A stretch of DNA of 60,087 bases, the filler included. It is 4 parts of 4 records of this genome, joined end to end, with 100 filler letters (N's around TTAATTAATTAA, not from the genome) between each part and the next. Parts side by side here need not be neighbours in the genome. Positions count along the whole stretch, not along the records: positions 13,394 to 34,916 come from SRR31156797_712; 3 more parts are not named here. The stretch is one strand, 5' to 3'. The position numbers were made by a program, and so were the translations under genes. The notes beneath the pieces were generated by a model. The model had not been told where the DNA came from. It made no database searches and saw nothing but the letters and a program-made list of their open reading frames with translations. Positions 19,495 to 29,290 of the stretch are shown in pieces (position 1 is the stretch's first letter; each line of letters begins with the position of its first letter).

Positions 19495-22236
19495 ATGAAG
19501 CCATATGTAGCCCTAAAAGCGAGTGCAGGGAGTGGAAAAACCTTTGCATTAACAGTAAGATATATCTCCTTGATGTTATTAGATGCAAATCCAAGTGAGA
19601 TACTTACTCTTACATTTACTAATAAAGCAGCAGCTCAGATGAACCAGCGTATCTATGATACTCTTATTAGTTTAGGTGATGATACAGCTATTTTAGAGGC
19701 TATAAAGGAGCAAACTTCTTTATCTAAAGAGGTGATCTTAGAAAAAAAAGAAAAACTGATCAAAAACTATCTTCAAAGTGAGCTTTCCATCTATACTATT
19801 GATAAATTTGTTAATAAGATATTACGAGAGTTTAGTGGATATGTTGGGATCAATGATGACTTTTCCATTGAGTTTGATGATGAAGAGTTATTACTTTATA
19901 AGTTTTTACTTTTTTTAGATGAGGAGCAGTTTAAACAGCTGATCACTTTTGCTTCAATTGAAAAGAAAAAGTTTAGCTCAATCGTAGAGCTTTTTAAAAT
20001 CTTAAATGAAAAAAGTGAGTTTTTAGAAACTCTTACAAATAAAAATGAGTATGGCTATGAAGCTTTACAAGTTGTAAAAAACAATATTTTAGAAAATGCT
20101 TTTAAAATAAAAGAGTTTATAGATCGTAGTGAGGTGTCAAAAGCTGGCTTTAATGCAGTAAATTTTGATAGTGTTGAGGGGTTGTTGGATAAGGGAAAAA
20201 CTTGGCTTACAAAAGAGAGTTTAAGTGAGTTTACCTATTTTAAAAAAGCAAAACCACCAAGTGAACTTGATCATCATTTAGAAGAGTTGAAAAAATATCT
20301 AGGAGTTTATTTTCAAATTGGGGAGAGTATCTCTTTAGAGCATCTTTTTTCTATTTTTAAAGATTATCAAAATTTTCGAGATAATTATAATAAAAGAAGA
20401 AACTCTTTAGAGTTTGGAGATATCACCTCTATTGTTTATGAATTGATGGAAAAACATATCCAAAGAGACTTTATCTATTTTAGACTAGATACAAAATATA
20501 ATCATATTTTAATAGATGAGTTTCAAGATACTTCTACTATTCAGTTTAAGATATTATATCATCTTATAGAGGAGATCATCTCTGGAAATCCAGAGATCTT
20601 TAAAACCTTTTTTTATGTGGGTGATGTCAAACAGTCTATTTACCGATTCAGAGGTGGACAAAAGGAGCTTTTTGATCATGTGGCACACGTATTTTCACCA
20701 ATGCTAGAAGTAGATCTTTTAGATACAAATTATAGAAGTAGTAAAAATGTAGTAGAGTTTGTCAATACTTTATTTGATAAGCTTCCAAACTATGATTATG
20801 ATCATCAAAAAGTAGCCAGTGAAAAACAGGGTTATGTAGAGGTGGTACAAACTCCAAGTGATGAGATATATGAAAAATTATATCAAAAGATCCAAGAGTT
20901 ATTAGATAATAAAATTATAGAAGATAATATTGCGATCCTTACTTATACAAATAATGATGTATTAGAGATATATGAGTATCTAAAATCTAAAATGCCAAAG
21001 CTTAATGTGGTCACAGAGATGACCTCAAAACTTATCAATCAACAAAATGTTAATGCTTGTATCAATGGTGTAAAATATCTTTACTTTAAAGAAGATATCT
21101 ATAAAGCAAACTTTCATACTTTGATTGGGAAGTCTTTTGAAGAGAAGTTCCAGTTTTCTATAGATATTCAAAAAAACAATATACAAACTATTGTAAAAAA
21201 ACTTTGTGAATATTATGAGATCATAGATGATAATATATTACGATTTATAGAACTTGTAAAAAAGTATGATGGGATCGTTGATTTTGTTTATAATATTGAT
21301 AAAGATGATACAGCTATGGTCTCTAAAAGTAAAAAGGGATTGAGTATCCTTACTATTTTTAAATCAAAAGGGTTAGAGTTTGATACGGTATTTGTATTAG
21401 ATAGAATATCAAAAAAAAATGCAGATAGATCCTCTTTATTATTTGATTATAAAGAGACGGAACTTCAAAAAATCTATTATAAAAAAAGTGGTCGTGAGAA
21501 TTTTGATCCTTTTTACAGTGAAGCATTACAAAGAGAAAAAAAATTAGTGATCGCAGATGAGCTAAATATCTTGTATGTGGCATTAACGCGAGCTAAAAAT
21601 AATATGATCGTTTTAAAAAAAGAGAAACAAAGTGTCTTTGATTATCTTGGAGAGTTTAAAGAGCAAACTTTAGGGGAGCTGTATATAGCACCTATAAAAA
21701 AACAAGAAATAAGTGAAAAAGAGCAAATCCTTTATACTCCTATGGATTTAGGATATCAAGAGAAAGAGAAAAAGGAAGAGGAGAGTGATACTATTCTTGT
21801 AAGATATTTTGGTATCGCTACACACTATTGTTTGGAGATGATGGAGAAGTTTGATCATAATAGTTTAGAAAAAACATTTTTTATGGTTGAAAATAAGTTT
21901 TCCAATATCTTGACCTCTACGCAACTCCAAGAGATATATTCTAGAGTAACAAACTTGATTGAAAATGAAGAGTTTCAAAACTTGATACAAGGATATGAAT
22001 TTACAAAAGAGCAATCTATCATCTATCAAGGGGAGCACAAGATCATTGATCTTTTATTACAAAAAGAAGATAGGTATATTATTATAGATTATAAAACCAC
22101 AAGTGAACAAAGTGAGTCCCATAAAGTTCAAGTACAAGGGTATAAAGAAGCGATACGAGCAATTACCAGCATAGCTGAGGTAGAAGGATATCTTGTTTAT
22201 TTGGCTAAAAAAGAGACCTTCTTAGTGAAAGTTTAA
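19495..22236 (+). CDS. addA: AddA/RecB-like helicase-nuclease
   Basis: ASAGSGKT, LTFTNKA, IDEFQDT, VGDVKQSIYRFRG, SKGLEF, YVALTRA, IIDYKT. Confidence 0.92.
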   Translation: MKPYVALKASAGSGKTFALTVRYISLMLLDANPSEILTLTFTNKAAAQMNQRIYDTLISLGDDTAILEAIKEQTSLSKEVILEKKEKLIKNYLQSELSIYTIDKFVNKILREFSGYVGINDDFSIEFDDEELLLYKFLLFLDEEQFKQLITFASIEKKKFSSIVELFKILNEKSEFLETLTNKNEYGYEALQVVKNNILENAFKIKEFIDRSEVSKAGFNAVNFDSVEGLLDKGKTWLTKESLSEFTYFKKAKPPSELDHHLEELKKYLGVYFQIGESISLEHLFSIFKDYQNFRDNYNKRRNSLEFGDITSIVYELMEKHIQRDFIYFRLDTKYNHILIDEFQDTSTIQFKILYHLIEEIISGNPEIFKTFFYVGDVKQSIYRFRGGQKELFDHVAHVFSPMLEVDLLDTNYRSSKNVVEFVNTLFDKLPNYDYDHQKVASEKQGYVEVVQTPSDEIYEKLYQKIQELLDNKIIEDNIAILTYTNNDVLEIYEYLKSKMPKLNVVTEMTSKLINQQNVNACINGVKYLYFKEDIYKANFHTLIGKSFEEKFQFSIDIQKNNIQTIVKKLCEYYEIIDDNILRFIELVKKYDGIVDFVYNIDKDDTAMVSKSKKGLSILTIFKSKGLEFDTVFVLDRISKKNADRSSLLFDYKETELQKIYYKKSGRENFDPFYSEALQREKKLVIADELNILYVALTRAKNNMIVLKKEKQSVFDYLGEFKEQTLGELYIAPIKKQEISEKEQILYTPMDLGYQEKEKKEEESDTILVRYFGIATHYCLEMMEKFDHNSLEKTFFMVENKFSNILTSTQLQEIYSRVTNLIENEEFQNLIQGYEFTKEQSIIYQGEHKIIDLLLQKEDRYIIIDYKTTSEQSESHKVQVQGYKEAIRAITSIAEVEGYLVYLAKKETFLVKV

Positions 22237-22243
22237 AAATACT

Positions 22244-23035
22244 TTACTTTTTCTCTCCATTATATTTTTCCACTATTTGAAGATCTTTTTCTCCTATTTG
22301 GATCTCCCCTTTTTCAAACCTCTTCGTTTGTAATAAAGAGAGTTCCATATTATGAAGTTTATCAAGACTAAGGAAGCCTTTTTCTAAAGAGAGTTCTAAA
22401 ACATGTCCGCCAAACTTTTTATCATCACTTAAAAAATGGAAATGGTATCCAGGCACATTAAGTTTGGCAAAATATTCAGGAAGATAATAGCCTATAAGAG
22501 TCCCTTTTATATTTTTTGCGTTAAAGATATTTTGTGTCTCTTTAATATGTTTAGCTAAAGGTGGATAAGGTTTTTTGGCTTGTGGAGCAGCTCTTACTTT
22601 CATAGAATTAAACAATCCCTCTATCTTAAAAGCACAAGGGTAGTTTTTACACTCTTTATATCTATTAAGTCTAGTTTGTAGCTGTTTATAGGTATTAGAT
22701 TTTAGGAGTGAATCTTTTTTATCCTCTATAAAAAAGTGTGTTGAAGCAAAAGGGACACCTGCATTTTCATCTGCTTGATAAACTTTACCGTCAGATTTTA
22801 CATGGTAGATAATCCCTTCATAGATGATCATCTCCCCATCTATACCGTTAAAAGTTCCTAGCCCAAAATCCCCTTTGGTTTTTAAAAAAGCAACTTTTTT
22901 ATCTCCCTCATAAAACCCAGCTAAAAGAGCATCAATTGTTGAGATCTGAAAAAGATTATCTTTTGGCTCTTGTGCAAAAAAATGGCTATATGTTAGTAAT
23001 AAAATACAGATGAAAGCTTTTTTCATAATAAACAC
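22244..23035 (-). CDS. budA: Alpha-acetolactate decarboxylase with signal-like N-terminus
   Basis: FQISTIDALLAGFYEG, GDFGLGTFNGIDGEM, GYHFHF, GGHVL. Confidence 0.9.
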   Translation of the reverse strand: MFIMKKAFICILLLTYSHFFAQEPKDNLFQISTIDALLAGFYEGDKKVAFLKTKGDFGLGTFNGIDGEMIIYEGIIYHVKSDGKVYQADENAGVPFASTHFFIEDKKDSLLKSNTYKQLQTRLNRYKECKNYPCAFKIEGLFNSMKVRAAPQAKKPYPPLAKHIKETQNIFNAKNIKGTLIGYYLPEYFAKLNVPGYHFHFLSDDKKFGGHVLELSLEKGFLSLDKLHNMELSLLQTKRFEKGEIQIGEKDLQIVEKYNGEKK

Positions 23036-23173
23036 CTTGTAAAATAGTTTAAATATTATATAGGGAACTCCTTATAACTTATATTAAAGTGTTAAATAAA
23101 TTAGGTGTTTTATTTAAGTTATTTTTAATATAAAAGGGTATAGTATAATCTATATTTAAGAAAAGGATATCAC

Positions 23174-23773
23174 ATGGTAAATTTGAATACAAATAGTACA
23201 AACCCATATTTACAAAATAGTGTGGAAACTCCAAAAAAAGAGGATATCAGTGGATCAAATGCACAAGTAAAAGAAGATATACTCTCTCAAATAGAAAAAT
23301 CATCGGTTGAAGTATCTATCTCAATGAATGCTCAAATCGTTCTTTTTGCTATGGATGCAGGGGCTTTAAATAAAGACAATTTAAGTGCACAAAAAGAGCT
23401 ATTTAGTTTTTTATCTGGAGAAGAAACAAAAAGTGGCATGTCCCTTGCTAATATAGGATATGAAGGGAAGCCTATAACAGAACTAAGTCAAGAAGAAGCA
23501 TCTGAACTTGTAAGTGAGAATGGTTTTTTTGGTGTTACGCAAACATCTGCTAGAGTAAGTGACTTTGTTCTTGGTTTTGCTGGGGATAATGTAGAGGCAT
23601 TAGAGCAAGCTATTGAGGGAGTAAAAAAAGGTTTTGCTGAAGCTGAGGAGATGTGGGGAGGAGCACTGCCTGATATCTCATATCAGACACAGACAAAGAC
23701 TTTAGAAACACTAAATGCAAGATTAGAAGAGCTAAAAGGTTCAGATAATACAGCAACACAGGAGAGTGAATAA
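23174..23773 (+). CDS. Hypothetical protein (DUF5610-like)
   Basis: GYEGKPITELSQEEA...GFFGVTQTSARV...GFAEAEEMWGGALPDIS. Confidence 0.6.
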   Translation: MVNLNTNSTNPYLQNSVETPKKEDISGSNAQVKEDILSQIEKSSVEVSISMNAQIVLFAMDAGALNKDNLSAQKELFSFLSGEETKSGMSLANIGYEGKPITELSQEEASELVSENGFFGVTQTSARVSDFVLGFAGDNVEALEQAIEGVKKGFAEAEEMWGGALPDISYQTQTKTLETLNARLEELKGSDNTATQESE

Positions 23774-23880
23774 TCTCTCCTTTTTCTTTTAAAGAACTCT
23801 TATAATCTAAAAATCAAATAAATTTTAAAAATAACTCGGTAAAATTCCACGATTTTAAATTTTGACATGGAGTTTTTTAT

Positions 23881-24588
23881 ATGAATAAAAGTTTTTTAGC
23901 GAATCTTATAGCTTTTTTACTTACCCTGATAGGTTTTATCAGTGGAAACAATATCATCTTAACCGTTGGACTATTTGCTTTAAGTGGCTCTCTTACTAAC
24001 TGGATCGCGATCCATATGCTTTTTGAAAAGGTACCATTTCTTTATGGAAGTGGTGTGGTGGAAAATCGTTTCGAAGAGTTTAAAAGCTCTATCCATAGTC
24101 TTATTATGGAGCAATTTTTTACAAAAGAGAATCTAGAGAAGTTTTTTGAAAGTGAGTTTAGTAAAGATGATAAAAAATTTGATTTTACAAATCTTATAAA
24201 CTCTACAGATTTTTCCATTGCTTTTGAATCATTAAAAGATGCAGTGATGGAATCAAACTTTGGAAGTATGTTAGGAATGTTTGGTGGTGAAAAAGCACTA
24301 GAGCCATTAAAAGAGCCTTTTGAGAAAAAGATGAAAAAATCTATTAATGAGATAGTTCATACAGATACCTTTCAAAGTACCTTACAAAAATCGATGCAAA
24401 GTAGTAGTATGACAGAAGATCTCACCATCAAGATCGATACCGTTGTAACTAATCGTTTAGATGAGCTAAATTCAAAGATGGTAAAACAGATGGTGCAACA
24501 GATTATCAAAGAACACCTTGGATGGCTTGTGGTTTGGGGTGCTGTATTTGGTGGGCTTATAGGGTTTGTAAGCTCAATGGTTTTATAA
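23881..24588 (+). CDS. DUF445-family membrane protein
   Basis: TNWIAIHMLF and HLGWLVVWGAVFGGLIG. Confidence 0.85.
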   Translation: MNKSFLANLIAFLLTLIGFISGNNIILTVGLFALSGSLTNWIAIHMLFEKVPFLYGSGVVENRFEEFKSSIHSLIMEQFFTKENLEKFFESEFSKDDKKFDFTNLINSTDFSIAFESLKDAVMESNFGSMLGMFGGEKALEPLKEPFEKKMKKSINEIVHTDTFQSTLQKSMQSSSMTEDLTIKIDTVVTNRLDELNSKMVKQMVQQIIKEHLGWLVVWGAVFGGLIGFVSSMVL

Positions 24589-24594
24589 AATACA

Positions 24595-25410
24595 ATGGAA
24601 GTAGAAAAAATGACATTTAAAGAAAAGATTATAGATATAAGAAATGCCAAGTGGTTTTCAAATCTAACAACAGGGATTATCCTTTTTTATGCAGCAGCAT
24701 TAGGATTTAAAACCATTGATCAAGTAGCTGAGCCTTTTGGATGGGTATTTTATTCTATTGATATGTTTATCACTATCTATTTTTTAGTGGAGATTATCAT
24801 TAAAATCTCAGCTGAGGATCGATGGCAGGACTTTTTTAAAAGTGGATGGAATATCTTTGACTTTATAATAGTAGTGATCACCTTAGTTCCTATGGAAAAT
24901 TCATCATACGCTGCAATTGCCAGACTTCTTAGAATCTTTAGAGTGCTAAGACTTCTTAATGCACGACCGGAGCTTAAAAAGATCATCGATATGTTAATAG
25001 GTGCTATCCCAGCTATTGTTGATATTGTGATCTTAATGTTTATTATTTTTTATATTTATGCGATCGTTGGAAACTTTTTCTTTGAAGAGTTAAAATCTGG
25101 ATTATGGAGTGATTTTTTAACTTCAATGTTAACACTTTTTAGAGTCCTTACTTTTGAAGACTGGACAGATGTAATGTATGAAGCGATGGAACTCCATAGC
25201 TGGGCATGGGCATATTTTGTAAGCTTTGTGATTATTGCTGCATTTGTATTTTTTAATCTTTTTGTTGCTGTTATTATCGATGAGATGCAAAAGATTAATA
25301 GTGAACATACTGATGAGCAACTTAATCGTGAAGAGGAAAAAATAGATCTTCTTTTAGAAAAAGTGACTGAGTTACAAAGTGAAATTAAGGAATTGAAGAA
25401 AAAAAATTAA
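24595..25410 (+). CDS. Bacterial voltage-gated Na+/Ca2+ channel (BacNav-like)
   Basis: FFKSGWNIFDF, S4 RLLRIFRVLR, pore TFEDWTD, S6 FNLFVAVII, C-terminal coiled coil. Confidence 0.9.
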   Translation: MEVEKMTFKEKIIDIRNAKWFSNLTTGIILFYAAALGFKTIDQVAEPFGWVFYSIDMFITIYFLVEIIIKISAEDRWQDFFKSGWNIFDFIIVVITLVPMENSSYAAIARLLRIFRVLRLLNARPELKKIIDMLIGAIPAIVDIVILMFIIFYIYAIVGNFFFEELKSGLWSDFLTSMLTLFRVLTFEDWTDVMYEAMELHSWAWAYFVSFVIIAAFVFFNLFVAVIIDEMQKINSEHTDEQLNREEEKIDLLLEKVTELQSEIKELKKKN

Positions 25411-25466
25411 GTCTAAAAAAGTAGTATAAAAGAAATTTTTTTATAAAATTTATAAAAGGATATTTT

Positions 25467-27296
25467 ATGTTTAAATCAAATGAAAAAACTCTTTTATTCA
25501 CTTTTTTACTAATCTTTATAAGTTCTATAATTGTTATATTTACATTTTCTAGTATCCAAGCTGAAAAAGAAGCATCCAAAGATCTAGAGCGGATCTTAGA
25601 GCAACATAAAGCATTACACCTTTATGTAGAGAATATTCAAAAGCCTGTCATTTATGAATTGAAAGAAAAGGGTTTATTATATGAAGAGTTTTTTGATCCC
25701 AAGTTACTTTCTTTTACTTATATATCAAGAAATATTCATGAACTTTATCAGCAAAATAAATTAGATAAAAACGAGGAACCTTACAAATATAAATTAGCCT
25801 CAACAAATCCAAGAAACCCAGTGAACTTAGCTACACCCTTTGAAAAAGAGATATTAGAAAAGTTTCAAACAAAACAGATAAAAGAGTTTCATACAATTAT
25901 TGATAGCGGAGATAAAAAGTATTTTTATAAAGCATTTCCTGTCACAGAAAATAAACAATCATGTATGAAATGTCATTCTGTTCCTGAGGTGGCACCAAAA
26001 GAGATGGTGCAAATGTATGGACCTGACAATGGTTTTGGTGAAAAGGTGGGAGATATTAGGGCAATGATATCTTTAACTATACCAATGACAGAGATATATA
26101 ATAAAACTATTCAAGAATCAATCATTAGTATAGGTATTATTTTTTTAATACTTCTATCTTTATATATATTGCTTTATAGAAACATCAAACAAAAACAACT
26201 TTTAAATATTCAAAAAGAGGAATTTGAAAAGATATTTCAGTATGCACAAGATGGAATATCGATCATCGATCTAGAATCAAACTTTCTTGATTTTAATGAA
26301 GCTTATTTGAAGATGACAGGATTTACAAGAGAGGAGTTATTGCAAAAATCTTGTATTGGCTTAACAGCTCCAGAAGATAAAGAGGAGAGTCAAAAGATAC
26401 TAGAACAGTTATTGAAAACAGGGTATGTTGAAAGTTTTCAAAAAGCTTGTATTGTAAAAAATGGAAAAAGACTATATGCAAATATGACGGCTTCTGTATT
26501 ACCCGATAAAAAACGGATACTTTTAATCACGAAAGATGTTACCTCGCAAAAAATAGCGCAAGAGCAATTAAGACTTGCATCTTTAGGTGAAATGATAGGA
26601 AATATTGCACATCAATGGAGGCAACCTTTAAGTGTTATCACTACAAGTGCAAGTGGATTGAAGTTAAAAGTTGAAGTTGAGGAAAAAGTGGACAACAATG
26701 AGGTATTAAAATATTCTGATCTTATAGTGCAGCAAGCAGAATATCTTTCTAGTACAATTGACAACTTCCGAAAATTTATAAAAGGTGAAAAACATCAAAC
26801 AAAAACAGATATTGTAGAAGCTGTTAAAAATGCCCTAGATCTTGAAGAAGCTACTTTAAAAAATAATTATATTGAGGTAGTGAAAGATATTGATGCTGAT
26901 GTAAATATTCTTGGTTGTATCAATGAACTTACCGAAGCATTTATCAATATTATAAATAACTCTATTGATATTTTAAAAGAAAAAGTTGATAAAAATGAAA
27001 AAAGATTGATATTTATAACTACCAAACAAACAAGTGAGTCACTTTTTGAAGTATGTATAAAAGATAATGGTGGAGGTATTTCTAATGATATTATTGAGAG
27101 AGTTTTTGATCCTTATTTTACAACAAAACATCAAGCCTTAGGGACAGGGCTTGGATTGTCAATAGTAAATAAAATCATACAAGAACATCATCATGGTACT
27201 ATCCATGTGTACAATGAAGAGTATGAATATGAGTCTAAAAAATACAAAGGTGCTTGTTTTAAAATAAGTTTTGATATTCGTCAAAGATTGGCTTAG
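25467..27296 (+). CDS. Histidine kinase with periplasmic c-heme (DUF3365-like) and PAS domains
   Basis: NPRNP, CMKCH; PAS; H-box IAHQWRQPL; DNGGG, FTTK, GTGLGL. Confidence 0.88.
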   Translation: MFKSNEKTLLFTFLLIFISSIIVIFTFSSIQAEKEASKDLERILEQHKALHLYVENIQKPVIYELKEKGLLYEEFFDPKLLSFTYISRNIHELYQQNKLDKNEEPYKYKLASTNPRNPVNLATPFEKEILEKFQTKQIKEFHTIIDSGDKKYFYKAFPVTENKQSCMKCHSVPEVAPKEMVQMYGPDNGFGEKVGDIRAMISLTIPMTEIYNKTIQESIISIGIIFLILLSLYILLYRNIKQKQLLNIQKEEFEKIFQYAQDGISIIDLESNFLDFNEAYLKMTGFTREELLQKSCIGLTAPEDKEESQKILEQLLKTGYVESFQKACIVKNGKRLYANMTASVLPDKKRILLITKDVTSQKIAQEQLRLASLGEMIGNIAHQWRQPLSVITTSASGLKLKVEVEEKVDNNEVLKYSDLIVQQAEYLSSTIDNFRKFIKGEKHQTKTDIVEAVKNALDLEEATLKNNYIEVVKDIDADVNILGCINELTEAFINIINNSIDILKEKVDKNEKRLIFITTKQTSESLFEVCIKDNGGGISNDIIERVFDPYFTTKHQALGTGLGLSIVNKIIQEHHHGTIHVYNEEYEYESKKYKGACFKISFDIRQRLA

Positions 27297-28171
27297 GTGT
27301 TAAACCTCTTTTTAAAACTACACTTTTTACATAACTCTTCTACAGCCTTATTATTTTGAAACCCTTTTATAATATCTTGTGCTCTTTTAGATTCTAAAAT
27401 ATCTAAAAGGGTATTTTGAAAAATATTTCCAAGGTTAACTATCCCAAATCCATCTAAACAACAAGGTACAACAGTTCCATCACAGAGTATTCCTATTTGC
27501 GAAGTGAGACCATAGCAAGTTCCATGTATGGAGTAGTTACTTTGTAAACTTGGCCATTCAAAATAGTTATCAAAGTGAAGCAGAATCTGATTTTCTAGTC
27601 GCGTTGGTTTTGAAGTGTCTATATTTACAAGATCAAGTTGAAATTTTTTTGAGAGTTGTTCTAATACCCTCTTATTAAATTCACTATCACTCTTTTCTTT
27701 ATCAAGATTCCACAGTCGAAAGTTGATAAAGTTATGTATTTTTTTTTCAAGTTTAAGATCACAAAGACTAAATAGTGACTCTAAATACTGATTTAAAGTA
27801 AGTTTAGTGTCATTTTTATCAAAACTATTAAGTGAAAAGTTTATCTGTCTAATAGCTGGATGTAAAAAAAGCTCCATTGGATGGTTTTGAAGAAAAAAAC
27901 CAGTTGTGGTTATCTCTACACTTATTTTATATTTTAATGCAAGATCAAGATATTTATCAAGATTTTTCAAAGTTAAAGGATCACCAAAAATATGTAATGC
28001 AATAAGCTTTGTAAATGGTTGTACTTGAACTAATATACCCTCAAATTGTTTAAGAGTAAGAGTTTGTGTTTGAATTGTCTCTTTTGTAGGACAAAAACTA
28101 CACTCTAATCCACAGATATTGGTGAGTTCTATATATATTTTATGAAATTTGTGTTTGTTGTTATTTTTCAT
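27293..28171 (-). CDS. Radical SAM/SPASM protein
   Basis: CGLECSFC; C-terminal CYG...VPCC...CKKC. Confidence 0.9.
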   Translation of the reverse strand: MKNNNKHKFHKIYIELTNICGLECSFCPTKETIQTQTLTLKQFEGILVQVQPFTKLIALHIFGDPLTLKNLDKYLDLALKYKISVEITTTGFFLQNHPMELFLHPAIRQINFSLNSFDKNDTKLTLNQYLESLFSLCDLKLEKKIHNFINFRLWNLDKEKSDSEFNKRVLEQLSKKFQLDLVNIDTSKPTRLENQILLHFDNYFEWPSLQSNYSIHGTCYGLTSQIGILCDGTVVPCCLDGFGIVNLGNIFQNTLLDILESKRAQDIIKGFQNNKAVEELCKKCSFKKRFNT

Positions 28172-28291
28172 GATATATTATATCGTGTTTTGTGCTTCAT
28201 CAAACTTTTTAAAGGGATTCGGTAAAATAAATAAAAAATTATGAAGAAAGAAAAGAGAAAATGCAACTTTTATGGAATAAAGCAGCTAGGC

Positions 28292-28320
28292 AGCTCGTCG
28301 GGTCAAGAGCCCGACAAGCT
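28292..28320. repeat. REP-like GC-rich palindrome
   Basis: AGCT-C-GTCGGG-TCAAGAG-CCCGAC-A-AGCT. Confidence 0.45.
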
Positions 28321-28361
28321 ATAAGCAGTATTAAAGCACAAAAAAAGTATCATTTCAGCAA

Positions 28362-28405
28362 TAACACTCCTCAAGCCTCTTTACAATGCTCACCCCGAGG
28401 AGTTA
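28362..28405. ncRNA. Candidate abiF-associated RNA hairpin
   Basis: ACTCCTC (28366-28372) / GAGGAGT (28397-28403) closing a 24-nt loop just upstream of the Abi gene. Confidence 0.45.
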
Positions 28406-28415
28406 CTTTTATTTT

Positions 28416-29285
28416 ATGACTACACAAAAAAAATCTTATACAAAACCATTTTTAGATACAGAATCACAAATTATTCAATTAAAAACTCGTGGAATGATAT
28501 TTGAAGATGAATTATTTGCTAAAAAACAATTAGAAAATATAAATTACTACAGACTAAGTGGATATTGGCTTATTTGTGAAGAAGATCATGAGACACATAA
28601 GTTTTATGACAATACAAAATTTGAAACTATTTTAGATATTTATGTTTTTGATAGAGAGTTGAGACTTCTTTTTTTAGAAGTGATAGAGCGAATAGAAGTA
28701 TCTATAAGAACAAGATTTGCATATATTTTATCCCAAAAATATGATTCACATTTTCATTTACGACCAGAACTTTTTGATTGTCCAATCAGATATTCACAAA
28801 CGATTGTAAAATTAAAAAATCAAGTAAACAGAAGTAAAGAGAAATGTGTAGTGCATTTTAAAAATAATTATAAAGAAAGTTTACCTCCTATTTGGTCAAG
28901 TGTTGAACTTATGACATTAGGACAAGTTTCAAATTGGTTTGATAATATAAAGCATAGACAAGATAAACAAAAAATTGCAAAATATTATAATCTTGATGAA
29001 AAGGTTTTAAGCTCTTTTCTTCATCATTTAACAATAGTGAGAAATATATTAGCTCATCATTCAAGGTTATGGAATAAAAAAATACCATTAGATTTTATTT
29101 TACCCAAAAACCCAAAAGAATTAAATGAAAAAGTCAATTATAAGACGAGAAAGTATTTGTATAATACTATAGTAGTGACTGATCATATTTTAAACTATAT
29201 AGATGAAGATAATAATTGGTTTGAGAGAGTTGAAGAACTAATAAAACAATACAATATAGATAAAAAGAGAATGGGATATTATTAG
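28416..29285 (+). CDS. Abi (AbiD/AbiF, Abi_2) HEPN-domain protein
   Basis: LKTRGM, INYYRLSGY, YVFDRELR, PPIW, HEPN motif RNILAHHSRLWN; start re-assigned to 28416 because the 28386 ATG lies inside the hairpin. Confidence 0.88.
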   Translation: MTTQKKSYTKPFLDTESQIIQLKTRGMIFEDELFAKKQLENINYYRLSGYWLICEEDHETHKFYDNTKFETILDIYVFDRELRLLFLEVIERIEVSIRTRFAYILSQKYDSHFHLRPELFDCPIRYSQTIVKLKNQVNRSKEKCVVHFKNNYKESLPPIWSSVELMTLGQVSNWFDNIKHRQDKQKIAKYYNLDEKVLSSFLHHLTIVRNILAHHSRLWNKKIPLDFILPKNPKELNEKVNYKTRKYLYNTIVVTDHILNYIDEDNNWFERVEELIKQYNIDKKRMGYY

Positions 29286-29290
29286 AATAG

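Noticed and set aside
16525-22236. Nuclease plus helicase pair as a novel defence system or Cas4
   Set aside because: Matches the housekeeping AddAB repair complex of Campylobacterota
28386-28415. Upstream ATG for the Abi gene
   Set aside because: Lies inside the hairpin loop; family-like sequence starts at 28416
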